A stretch of DNA of 47,765 nucleotides from Flavobacterium sp. (GCA_030145825.1 JAIXHM010000001.1:1-47765); one strand, 5' to 3'; shown: positions 1-9,101, numbered from the stretch's first letter. The notes: generated by a model from the letters alone, not told the origin. A program made the numbers and translations.

Positions 1-3000
1 GGACAAGCTGGTGTAGGTAAAACAAAATTTTCATTAGAATTAGTTGAAAAATTCATTCAAAGTAATTCTGATTTTATAGTTAAATACATTAGAAATAACA
101 ACCAATTAATTTGGGAGGATTTAAAAGTTCAACTAATTAAAAATAAAAAATATTTAATTGTAGTTGATGATGCAAATAAATTAAAAAGTAATTTATCATC
201 AATTATTACCTTCAAGAATGAATTCGAAGAGGGTAATATAAAAATAGTTTTAACGGTAAGAAATTATCTTAAAAATGAAGTAGAAAAAGAACTCAAAGAA
301 TATGAACTAATTGAATTAGCAAATTTTGATAAAACAGAATTATCAAAAATTCTTAGCTCACCAGAGTATAACATTAATAGCTACTACATAGACAGAATTT
401 ATTCAATTTCTAAAGGAAATCCAAGGATTGCTTTGATGGCAGCCATAGCTGGAATTAATAACGACATTGAAAAATTGAATAAAGCATCATTGATTTTAGA
501 AGAGTATTTTTCTTCTGCAAACAATACTTTAAAAAATGATTTAACCTTACTTAAGGTAGCCGGAATTTTAAGTTTATTTAGAACAATTGATATTTCTAAT
601 GTAGAACTCAACGATGAAATTAATAAATACTTTAATATTCCTAAGAATGAATTAATAGAAAAATTAAGTTTATTAGTTGAAAATGAATTGGCTGATGAAT
701 TTAAAAATACATATAAAGTTGCCGACCAAATTCTTGGAGAATATATATTTTACTTAATTTTTATCAAAGAAAAACATATTTCATTTTCACTATTGCTTGA
801 CTTATACTTTGATGAACATAAAATTTCTTTAATGCGTCTTTTGAACCCAATTATTAGTAATTATGGTTTTGAAGAAATTAAGGAATTAATAATTTATGAT
901 CTGAATACGAAATGGAATAATATAAAATCCTATCAGGATAAATCAATTAGATTTTTAGAAAGTTTTTGGTTTTACCTCCAAACTGAAACTATTCTTTATG
1001 CAAATACCTTCATAACTAAACTTGAACGAACTAATACTGATAACTTAAAATTTGAATTATATAAAGACAATCATATAAAATCGTATGATGATAAATTAAT
1101 TAGTCTATTAGTAAATTTTTATCACATTCCAGAAAAGTTTGAGGTAGCTTTGGAACTATTAATGAAATATGCACTTTCAAATGAATTAGTTTTTACTAAA
1201 GTATTAAAAGTATTCAAACAATCCTTTACTTATGAACGATTTAGTTTTGAATATAGTTACAAAACTCAAATTCAGCTTTTTGATTTTTTATATTCTAAAA
1301 TTGAAGGAAATCCAATTCTTTATTCAAAAATCATTCTTTATATTTCTGATAAATACTTAGTTGATAGTTATCAATACAATGAAGGAGGCGATGGAAATAA
1401 GATTTATTTTGGTCAGATGTTTATTGTTTTAAGTGAAGACCACAAAAAATTTAGAGAAAAGCTGTTAAACTTTATTTTTGGTTGCTACAAGAATGACATA
1501 TTAAAAAATGAAGTTTTGGATTTTTTTGAAAGACATCATTATTCTCATTTAAATGAAAGAGAAAAAAGAGTTGTTACTTTCGATAAAGATTTAATAATTC
1601 CATTTTTTTTGGAAAATTTCAAAAATAATTCATTCAGGGAAGCTTCTATTATAAAAAAATACACAAAAACTCTTGATTATTCTAAAATTAAATATTCAAA
1701 AAAAGTAAAAGAATTAATTCGTTCAAAAGAGTATATTCTTTGGTCAAAGTTGGATAAAAAATTTGATAGAGATGAAGAATTTCTTGAAGATTTTTCAAAT
1801 TATTCTTTTGATGACCATAATGAATTTCTAAAATCATTGCAAGTGATATCTGAAAATAAATACAATAATTATTCTTGTATTGAAAGCATAATAAGTCCTG
1901 TTTCTGATATTTTTCAAAACTTAGCTTCAAATGACTTCGATACATTTATCCTTGTATTGGATGAAATTTTTAAATATGAATATTCCGAAAGATTATACTT
2001 TAGAAAAATATTGTCAAGCATAGAATATGATGATAGAAAAATTCAACAATTAAAAACAGTATTCGAAAAAAGTACCAAAACAGAAGGATTATTATTAGAA
2101 CTTTTTTTAAGAACTCCTCCTGAATTAACTAGCATAGATGATTACAATTGTGTATTTAGTTTAATAGAGAAAATAGATTTTACAAATGTTTACTTCTTAG
2201 ATGATGTATTAGATAAACTTGAATATATAGATATTGATACAAATAAAGAAATTGAAAAAGTATTAAATTTATTAATTGAAAAAACTAAACTTCACCAATA
2301 CCTAAATATAGATGATCGTTTTTTTGAAATCATCCATGATAAGTATCAATCAACTTTTATATCATGTCTAAGCAAAATAGAATTCTTGTATCTTTATTTT
2401 GATAACCAAAGAAGGCATTTTGATTACGACTTAAACGTATTAAGAATTATTTTATCTCATAATTCAAATTTCATTATTGATTTGTTAAAGTACAATTTTG
2501 ATGAAAAAGATTATTTATCGAGAAGAGATTTTGATGATAACAATTTTAAGAAATTATGGGAACTACCTAATTATGAAATCATTTTTGAAAATATGATCAA
2601 TTATTTTGTGAATTTTAAAAGTTATTCTCATAGAGCATCAGAGTTTTCTAATGTGTTTAAAGGTAATAATCAAAAAGAGATTGATTTTTTACAAAGAAAA
2701 TTGGTGTCTTCCAATGATAACAAAATGATTGAATTCATATTTAATATTGTTACAACTGTTTATAGAGATAAGATGTTAGATTTTCTAAAAATTATTTTAG
2801 ATAAAGGTTGTGATATTGAATTATTTAAAAGACTTGATTTTTATACATCATCTGGAGTAACAATGGGGAGTAGATTGCCAAATATGCAATTTGAATTATC
2901 TCAATATGAAAAAGTTAAAGATTTTCTAGTTAACCAAAATAACATAAATTATTATGAATTTATTGAGTTAATCGAGAGAAATATAATGTATTCTAAAATG

Positions 3001-3048
3001 AGTATTGAAAGAGAAAGGAAAGAAGAATTTGTTAGTGAATGGGATTAA
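1..3048 (+). CDS. STAND-class P-loop NTPase (Avs/nSTAND-like antiviral ATPase), 5'-truncated by the window
   Basis: Frame 1 is open from base 1, upstream of the ORF-track start at 433. It reads Walker A GQAGVGKT, Walker B YLIVVDDAN, sensor VLTVR and STAND GxP motif SKGNPR, followed by a long helical C-terminal region. Confidence 0.8.
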   Translation, partial: GQAGVGKTKFSLELVEKFIQSNSDFIVKYIRNNNQLIWEDLKVQLIKNKKYLIVVDDANKLKSNLSSIITFKNEFEEGNIKIVLTVRNYLKNEVEKELKEYELIELANFDKTELSKILSSPEYNINSYYIDRIYSISKGNPRIALMAAIAGINNDIEKLNKASLILEEYFSSANNTLKNDLTLLKVAGILSLFRTIDISNVELNDEINKYFNIPKNELIEKLSLLVENELADEFKNTYKVADQILGEYIFYLIFIKEKHISFSLLLDLYFDEHKISLMRLLNPIISNYGFEEIKELIIYDLNTKWNNIKSYQDKSIRFLESFWFYLQTETILYANTFITKLERTNTDNLKFELYKDNHIKSYDDKLISLLVNFYHIPEKFEVALELLMKYALSNELVFTKVLKVFKQSFTYERFSFEYSYKTQIQLFDFLYSKIEGNPILYSKIILYISDKYLVDSYQYNEGGDGNKIYFGQMFIVLSEDHKKFREKLLNFIFGCYKNDILKNEVLDFFERHHYSHLNEREKRVVTFDKDLIIPFFLENFKNNSFREASIIKKYTKTLDYSKIKYSKKVKELIRSKEYILWSKLDKKFDRDEEFLEDFSNYSFDDHNEFLKSLQVISENKYNNYSCIESIISPVSDIFQNLASNDFDTFILVLDEIFKYEYSERLYFRKILSSIEYDDRKIQQLKTVFEKSTKTEGLLLELFLRTPPELTSIDDYNCVFSLIEKIDFTNVYFLDDVLDKLEYIDIDTNKEIEKVLNLLIEKTKLHQYLNIDDRFFEIIHDKYQSTFISCLSKIEFLYLYFDNQRRHFDYDLNVLRIILSHNSNFIIDLLKYNFDEKDYLSRRDFDDNNFKKLWELPNYEIIFENMINYFVNFKSYSHRASEFSNVFKGNNQKEIDFLQRKLVSSNDNKMIEFIFNIVTTVYRDKMLDFLKIILDKGCDIELFKRLDFYTSSGVTMGSRLPNMQFELSQYEKVKDFLVNQNNINYYEFIELIERNIMYSKMSIERERKEEFVSEWD

Positions 3049-3058
3049 ATAATACAAT

Positions 3059-3757
3059 ATGGAATTTCCAAACTTCTTCTTTTATACTCAACCTAACGAA
3101 AACCGAGAAAAATATACATTCAGTTTTGGTGAAAATGGTATTCACTACACTTTGATGTATGTAGCTCATAAAAAAGCATTTGACTTTCACAAAAAAGATG
3201 ATAATATCAAGGATATTGATAGCATTAATCCTTATGAACCATTTTTTGAAATGTCATCTTTTAAATTTTTTCGTTTTTTACGAAAAAATGCTATGGTTCA
3301 AGAATACCTATTAAAAGAGTTTATTGTAAAGAACAAAATAAACCTTGGGAAACTTAAAAAGAATAACTGTTGGTTGTTACAACTAGAGAATATTAATTTT
3401 TCACAAGAAGTTTATAAAACCGAAAGAAAAGGAAGAATGTTGAAGTCAAATAAAAATTTTAAGTTTGACAATATAATATCCGAAATGGATTTTTTGCATC
3501 CTGATGAAATTAAAAACATCAATTGTAATGTTTTCAGTGTTGTGAAATATAAAAATGGAATTACAACTTTCGAGGGCTTTATTTATAAAATAAATGGTAA
3601 GTTATATTTTTGGAACAAAAAAAATGTCAATCAATTAATGAAACTTACTCTAGTTTCAAATTATAATCTTTTATCTCAAATCAGTTTTATAAATAAAGAA
3701 AAGTTGCTAAAAAAACTTTATAAAATTATTACAAGGAAGTATGAATATTTAAAATAA
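3059..3757 (+). CDS. Hypothetical protein (Lys/Phe/Asn-rich)
   Basis: 232-aa ATG ORF 10 nt after the STAND gene; no recognisable motif. Confidence 0.55.
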   Translation: MEFPNFFFYTQPNENREKYTFSFGENGIHYTLMYVAHKKAFDFHKKDDNIKDIDSINPYEPFFEMSSFKFFRFLRKNAMVQEYLLKEFIVKNKINLGKLKKNNCWLLQLENINFSQEVYKTERKGRMLKSNKNFKFDNIISEMDFLHPDEIKNINCNVFSVVKYKNGITTFEGFIYKINGKLYFWNKKNVNQLMKLTLVSNYNLLSQISFINKEKLLKKLYKIITRKYEYLK

Positions 3758-3790
3758 CTAGTTTAACAAAATTCCTGAACTTATTAAAAA

Positions 3791-4480
3791 CTAAAATTTT
3801 AATCCTAAAGTTTTTTTTCGTACGGCCAATTTGTACTCATTTGTTTCACGTAAAGCATGTAAAAAATAATGAATATGCTCCATACTTAGTTTAGATAAAA
3901 TGTCATAACTTTTCTTATGGCATTTTCTATATTTTTTACCACTACCACAAAAACATATAGAAACCCTATCTATTTTTTTTCCTTCTATAATTTGATGTAA
4001 TCCAAATTCAATATTGAAAATATTATTAGTCATAAAAGTTTCTTCAAAAAACTCAATCCAACCTTTACTGCCGTGAGATCGTTCTTTTAAAAAATAGCCA
4101 TTTTGATTTCTAAAAATTTGACTGTAAAAATAATTTTTAACTTGATTATCTATAAAAGAAAGTAAAGTAAATCCACTATTACAAATGATGACTTCTTCCG
4201 GTGGCGAAGCAATACAACAATTTCCTGTAGCTTCAAAAATATGCCAATCTACATTTCTTGGAATTCGACCACCTGTTTCAAAAACTTCTGGAAAATGATT
4301 AGGAAAATCAGCTACAGCTTTGATTTCAATTTGATAGATATCCACTAAACTTCCATCATCATTAGTCAAAATTAAAGAACCAAAAATACAAGGAATACCA
4401 TCTTCATTTTTAAAAGATAATTCCTTGTATTTTTCTAAAACTGCTGTTGCTTGTTCTTTAAAAAGGGTATAACCATTCAT
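3791..4480 (-). CDS. CBASS-associated prokaryotic E2 (UBC-fold) protein with SEC-C zinc motif
   Basis: FPNHFPEVFE...GRIPRNVDWHIFEATGNCC (E2-like His...Cys); SEC-C motif CFCGSGKKYRKCH; starts 3 nt after the CD-NTase stop. Confidence 0.75.
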   Translation of the reverse strand: MNGYTLFKEQATAVLEKYKELSFKNEDGIPCIFGSLILTNDDGSLVDIYQIEIKAVADFPNHFPEVFETGGRIPRNVDWHIFEATGNCCIASPPEEVIICNSGFTLLSFIDNQVKNYFYSQIFRNQNGYFLKERSHGSKGWIEFFEETFMTNNIFNIEFGLHQIIEGKKIDRVSICFCGSGKKYRKCHKKSYDILSKLSMEHIHYFLHALRETNEYKLAVRKKTLGLKF

Positions 4481-4483
4481 GTT

Positions 4484-5425
4484 TTATTTTCCCCAAGGTC
4501 TTGATAATGCAGCTCCACTAGTTGTAGCGGTACTACTATTAGTTTGTTCATTTTTATCTTCTCCATCTGGAAATCGTGTACCCAAATGCTTTTGCCATAA
4601 TCGGCTAGCTTTTAATTGATTTACCTCTTTTAAAGCTGCTTCAGCATCAGCAAGAAAGTTGTCTAAATTTGAAAGAAAATTATTTTTTCTTGTTGTATCA
4701 TAATCTGCAAACAAATCATCCTTAGGTGTTACAGGTACAATACATTCAAATTTTTGAGCTAATGTTTTTTTGATTTCTCTTAAAATATCGGTCAACAAAA
4801 TATCATCCCTATCATTAAGAACAATTTTATCTTTAGCATTCATAGCTAAAATAGTCATCGCAAGTCCGCTGGGCATTTTGTTCCTTTTATAATCACACCA
4901 AGCTTTTAATTCCTTAATAGCTTTAATCATCTTCCCATTAGCATCCTTGTTAGCATTGAACCAATCAATGAGCGCTTTTGGGTCACTATCTTCCCAACCA
5001 TTATTTTTTACTGCAAGCTGATATTCTTTTCCGTTAATTTTATAGTAAACAGGAATATCAATTTCGTAATCTCCAGAAAAGATATTTCTAATACATTTTT
5101 TTCTATGCTCAGGTGTAGTAGAAGTGTAACCGTTAACAGCATCCCAAATCCAATTCTGTAATGTAGTTGCTGTTACATCAGGATTTCTAAAAAAGTAAAC
5201 ACCATCATCCAAATCACAAATGTCATCTTTCGTTCGAATACCGGTTTTCATTTTGTAAGAACCTTGGATATAAAACTTAGGAACATATTCCGAATGATGT
5301 TCTTTAAAATGTTTTCTAATGCGCTCTCTCAATCTATCTTTAGAGTTAGTCATCTTTGTTTTTTTATTTGATGTCAGAGAAATTTCTGTATTGAATTTTC
5401 CGAATAAGTTGTGACAATTTGCCAT
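4484..5425 (-). CDS. CBASS CD-NTase (cGAS/DncV-like cyclic oligonucleotide synthase, SMODS domain)
   Basis: QGSYKMKT-x7-CDLDDGVYF catalytic motif, YEIDIPVY third Asp, GWEDSDPK, LKAWCD and PSGLAMT motifs; low-complexity tail ending PWGK. Confidence 0.92.
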   Translation of the reverse strand: MANCHNLFGKFNTEISLTSNKKTKMTNSKDRLRERIRKHFKEHHSEYVPKFYIQGSYKMKTGIRTKDDICDLDDGVYFFRNPDVTATTLQNWIWDAVNGYTSTTPEHRKKCIRNIFSGDYEIDIPVYYKINGKEYQLAVKNNGWEDSDPKALIDWFNANKDANGKMIKAIKELKAWCDYKRNKMPSGLAMTILAMNAKDKIVLNDRDDILLTDILREIKKTLAQKFECIVPVTPKDDLFADYDTTRKNNFLSNLDNFLADAEAALKEVNQLKASRLWQKHLGTRFPDGEDKNEQTNSSTATTSGAALSRPWGK

Positions 5426-5429
5426 AGTA

Positions 5430-6441
5430 TTATATGTTTTTATAGTTTTTAATTGAATTAAAAAATGCTAAGATTTCAGGTTTTGTGGCATAATTATTCC
5501 CAACCTGATTTCCTAAGGATTGTATGGTGGATAATGTTTTTTTATCAGCCCTATCCATAGTAATAATACTCATTTGAGCTTTTGACAACTCAGGTGATTT
5601 TATTCTAAAGTATTTTCCTTTTGGATTTATTTTGGGTACTATTTTCAATAAAAAGTAATCGGTAAAATAAGACTGACCATCTAATGCTGTCTGAAACATT
5701 TTTTCTTTCCAACCGATAATCGACCTAGATTTATTTGAAGTAGATACCCAACCATTTGGCGTTGTTATACTAGAAATTGATAAAATGCTGAAATCACCAA
5801 ATTCTTTTCCCTCACCAACATAATAAATCAATAGCTTCCAATAGTCCGCATAAAGAAGGATTATTTGCCCAAACACCACCATCAGTATAAAGAAAATTGT
5901 TATGCTCATGAATAGGATAATAACTGGGTGCTGCAGAAGTAGCTAAAGCAATATCAACGAGTTTTATAGTATTATCTACAAAATGTTCAGTTTGACTACC
6001 TGATTTTTTAAAAACTTTTGGTTGACCATTAGTCAAATTAAAACTTGGTATACAAAGTAAATTATTGGCATCATTCATTGTTTTATCTTCAAACAAATCT
6101 TCAAGGATTCTTTTCAATGGTTTAACAGAGTGTTTATTTGAAAAGAAAATTTGCTTCAATGATTTATATGAATTCTGAAAACTTCGAACAAAACGATTAT
6201 CTGAAGTAGGAAATATTAATGAACCTTTAGTCATATATAAATCTACTAAAGATTTTGCACTCATTCCATTTGCTAATCCAATCGCAATTAAACCACCCGT
6301 AGAAGTACCACATATCATATCAAAATGATCTGTGATACTTTTACCAGTCTTTAATTCAAGAGATGCAAGAATAGATGCACTATATAATCCCTTAATTCCA
6401 CCTCCATCTATTGATAGTATTTTAAACGTTTTGCTTTCCAT
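5430..6441 (-). pseudogene. CapV-like patatin phospholipase effector split by a single-base frameshift at ~5825-5827
   Basis: DGGGIKG, GTSTG and DGG motifs in the 209-aa ORF. The minus strand reads ATT GAT TTA TTA TGT TGG TGA; deleting one T gives ...EAIDYYVGEGKEF..., joining the 5430-5909 frame into one 336-aa protein. Confidence 0.85.
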
Positions 6442-6865
6442 AATCTGTATTCAATAATGCAATCATAACCCCAACAAAACCAATAAATAAACCAACAGAT
6501 ACTTGAGCACTTTTAATTACATTATGCTGTACATCATTACAGAAACTTTCACAATTATAGTTTATCAAGCTATAAGGCTTTCCTAATTTACTTAAAGCTT
6601 TCTCTACCAATTTTCTCCTTTCAAAGTTGTTCCCTTGAAATTTTTCTACACGTGTTACAATGCTTACATCTTGAAAAAAATCTTCAACTCTTGTCAGTTT
6701 TACACCAACTCCAATTATGTTTTCACAAATAAGATGCTGTCCTAAGTTATTATACCCAAGATATAAAGCATGATGCTGTATAATACCAAACAGACTTTTT
6801 GGGACTACTATTCTGTCTCCAGGTTCTAAATTAAATTTACTTACTAATTGTAATTCTCTATTCAT
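6422..6865 (-). CDS. LRAT/PLAAT-family (circularly permuted NlpC/P60) enzyme with C-terminal membrane helix
   Basis: PGDRI...HHALYLG (His) precedes YSLINYNCESF (Cys), the permuted His-then-Cys order; hydrophobic tail VSVGLFIGFVGVMIALL; overlaps the patatin start by 20 nt. Confidence 0.8.
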   Translation of the reverse strand: MNRELQLVSKFNLEPGDRIVVPKSLFGIIQHHALYLGYNNLGQHLICENIIGVGVKLTRVEDFFQDVSIVTRVEKFQGNNFERRKLVEKALSKLGKPYSLINYNCESFCNDVQHNVIKSAQVSVGLFIGFVGVMIALLNTDYGKQNV

Positions 6866-6870
6866 ACGCT

Positions 6871-7185
6871 TTATTTTATTGGTCTCATATTAATTGAATT
6901 ATCCAAATTATCTTTAATTGTTGCATTTGCAACTGTTCTTAAAAATTCATTACTTCCAATAGTAACATAAGTAACAGATGCTCCAATATACCAATCTGGA
7001 TAACCCCAAGTAATTGTTTTAATCCTTTTATTCGCTTTTAATAAATTAATTGCACTTGTCTCTGATGTTTTTACACCATATTGAAATGAATCATCATCGT
7101 TTACAGTATGTAACAATACATCTGTAATTCTTTCGGAATTATCTTTCCAAACTCCTGAAATAAAATAATCTGCTGATTTAGCCAT
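6871..7185 (-). CDS. DUF3892-like small protein, first gene of the CBASS operon
   Basis: ADYFISGV...WYIGASV...EFLRTVANATIKDNLDN matches the remembered family pattern (YLRT..N....DNL.NL). Confidence 0.75.
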   Translation of the reverse strand: MAKSADYFISGVWKDNSERITDVLLHTVNDDDSFQYGVKTSETSAINLLKANKRIKTITWGYPDWYIGASVTYVTIGSNEFLRTVANATIKDNLDNSINMRPIK

Positions 7186-7204
7186 AATATTTTTAAATTT
7201 TAAA

Positions 7205-7315
7205 ATGTTTATAATTTTGACGTAAATACAAATTTTATGCCAATATTATAAAACATTTATAATTCTGTCAATTTGGCATTTTATTTGCTAATATGATAAA
7301 CATAATGTACTTTTG
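7205..7315. promoter_or_regulatory. Divergent promoter region with a Bacteroidota sigma-70 promoter and three candidate operator repeats
   Basis: TTTG (7284-7287), 20 nt, TACTTTTG (7308-7315). Repeats TGCCAATATTATAAAACAT (7238-7256), TGCTAATATGATAAACAT (7286-7303) and an inverted copy at 7205-7222. Confidence 0.5.
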
Positions 7316-7340
7316 CACCATATTTTAAAATCTATACATT

Positions 7341-7679
7341 ATGAGAGACTTTAAAGGTATTCTCTACTATATGATTGGTAATAGAATTAAATCCTTACGA
7401 ACAGAAAGAGGTTTAAGTCAGGAAGATCTTTCTTTACATTTAAACTTATCTAGAGCTTCCATTTCAAATATTGAATTGGGAAGACACCAAATACCATTGG
7501 TTTTACTTTATGAATTATCATTATTTTTTAAGATAGGTATTTATGATTTAATACCTTCAAATGAAGAAATTCAATCAAATTTGAATTCTAACAATCCTGA
7601 GTTTACAAAAATTTTGGACACTCAAAACTTAGATTTATCCCAAAAAGAAAACCTTGAAAATATATTAAATAGTATATAG
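7341..7679 (+). CDS. XRE/Cro-CI HTH transcriptional regulator (CapH-like position)
   Basis: IKSLRTERGLSQEDLS...LSRASISNIELG HTH_3 pattern; divergent from the CBASS operon. Confidence 0.9.
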   Translation: MRDFKGILYYMIGNRIKSLRTERGLSQEDLSLHLNLSRASISNIELGRHQIPLVLLYELSLFFKIGIYDLIPSNEEIQSNLNSNNPEFTKILDTQNLDLSQKENLENILNSI

Positions 7680-7681
7680 TT

Positions 7682-8206
7682 ATGATACTTTATAAAAAAA
7701 TTGAAGAGCAAACATTTAATATTTTATCTGAATTAAAAATTAATACACCTAACAAGATTGATGTTTTTAAAATAGCAGAATATTTAGGCGTTGATGTAAA
7801 ACCTGCCAACCTTGACAGTTCAATTTCGGGACTTTTTGTCATAAAAGAACAAAAACCTTACATCAGATACAACGACAGTGAAGCTCCTCAAAGACAGAAA
7901 TTTACTATTGCACATGAATTAGGACATTACGTTTTGCACAAAGACATACCGCTTTTTGTAGAAAAAAATGAAGCAGTATTATATAGAAACATGGATTCTA
8001 CAACTGGAGAGCTTTTAAAAGAAAAAGAAGCCAATTCATTTGCAGCATCACTTTTAATGCCAAAATTTATGATTGATGAACAGATAGAGAATATTCCTAA
8101 TGGCAAAGATCCTGTTATTCATCTTTCTGAAGTTTTTAAAGTAAGTAGTCAAGCAATGTATTATAGATTAAATAATTTAGGCTATTCATTTTTAGGTTCT
8201 TATTAG
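7682..8206 (+). CDS. ImmA/IrrE-family (M78) zinc metallopeptidase (CapP-like position)
   Basis: RQKFTIAHELGH (HExxH), EKEANSFAASLLMP, FKVSSQAMYYRL. Confidence 0.92.
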   Translation: MILYKKIEEQTFNILSELKINTPNKIDVFKIAEYLGVDVKPANLDSSISGLFVIKEQKPYIRYNDSEAPQRQKFTIAHELGHYVLHKDIPLFVEKNEAVLYRNMDSTTGELLKEKEANSFAASLLMPKFMIDEQIENIPNGKDPVIHLSEVFKVSSQAMYYRLNNLGYSFLGSY

Positions 8207-8233
8207 CTATATTGTTTAACTCCAATAATACGC

Positions 8234-8986
8234 ATGAATATATATACAGAGGCACCATCTAACTGGAAAGATTTGGAAGAAAGAACTTCTAAGTTTTTAA
8301 CTGAATTAGGGTATGAATGTGAGATTGAAAAGGATATTGAAACTGTTCGTGGAGTAGTTAATGTTGATGTTATTGCTAAAAGTAAAGAAGTTCCAAATAC
8401 TATAGTAATATGTGAATGTAAATATTGGAATAAAGCAATACCTCAAACTGTTGTTCATTCATTCCGTACTGTTATCAATGATTATGGTGCAAACTTTGGA
8501 ATTATAATTTCTAAAAAAGGATTTCAAAGTGGAGCTATTGAAGGTGTTAAAAATTCAAACATTCTGTTATTCACTTGGAATGAATTTCAAGATTATTTTA
8601 AGTCTAAATGGATTAAAAAGAAAACAGTAGAGATTTCTAAAGCAACAAAACCTCTATATGATTATGTTTCAGTTGCCTTTAGAATATTTTTTAGAGAAGA
8701 ATATAATAGTTTGTCTTCTGAAAATTTAGAATTATTTGAGCAATTAACGAAACAACACTTTGATACTGCTTTTTACGCTTCTAATAATTTATATTTGAGT
8801 TTAGAAACTCGAGAATTTGATATAGATATGTTTGAAATGATGTTTAATACCGCCAAAAAGGATTTTAGAAAGGATTTCTCTTCTTATGAAGAATATTTTG
8901 AATTTTTAATTAAAAATGCTGAAAACGGAATAAAAGATTTTGATAATCTTTTTAAAAAAGAATTAAGAAAAACTAATTTGATTTAA
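8234..8986 (+). CDS. Mrr-like PD-(D/E)xK restriction endonuclease-fold protein
   Basis: LEE...VDV...ECKYW...GANFGIIISKKGFQSGA. Confidence 0.85.
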   Translation: MNIYTEAPSNWKDLEERTSKFLTELGYECEIEKDIETVRGVVNVDVIAKSKEVPNTIVICECKYWNKAIPQTVVHSFRTVINDYGANFGIIISKKGFQSGAIEGVKNSNILLFTWNEFQDYFKSKWIKKKTVEISKATKPLYDYVSVAFRIFFREEYNSLSSENLELFEQLTKQHFDTAFYASNNLYLSLETREFDIDMFEMMFNTAKKDFRKDFSSYEEYFEFLIKNAENGIKDFDNLFKKELRKTNLI

Positions 8987-9101
8987 ACTATTCTATCAAT
9001 GTATCTTTGATATAAATTAAAATTTATACTTTTGTATAGTAGTATAATAACAATCAACATATAGTACTTATATTGGTATTATATTTGATATATATTAAAT
9101 A

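Noticed and set aside
5430-5909. 159-aa ORF as an independent gene
   Set aside because: Its first ~28 codons are an alternative frame of the patatin; the rest is the patatin C-terminus after the frameshift.
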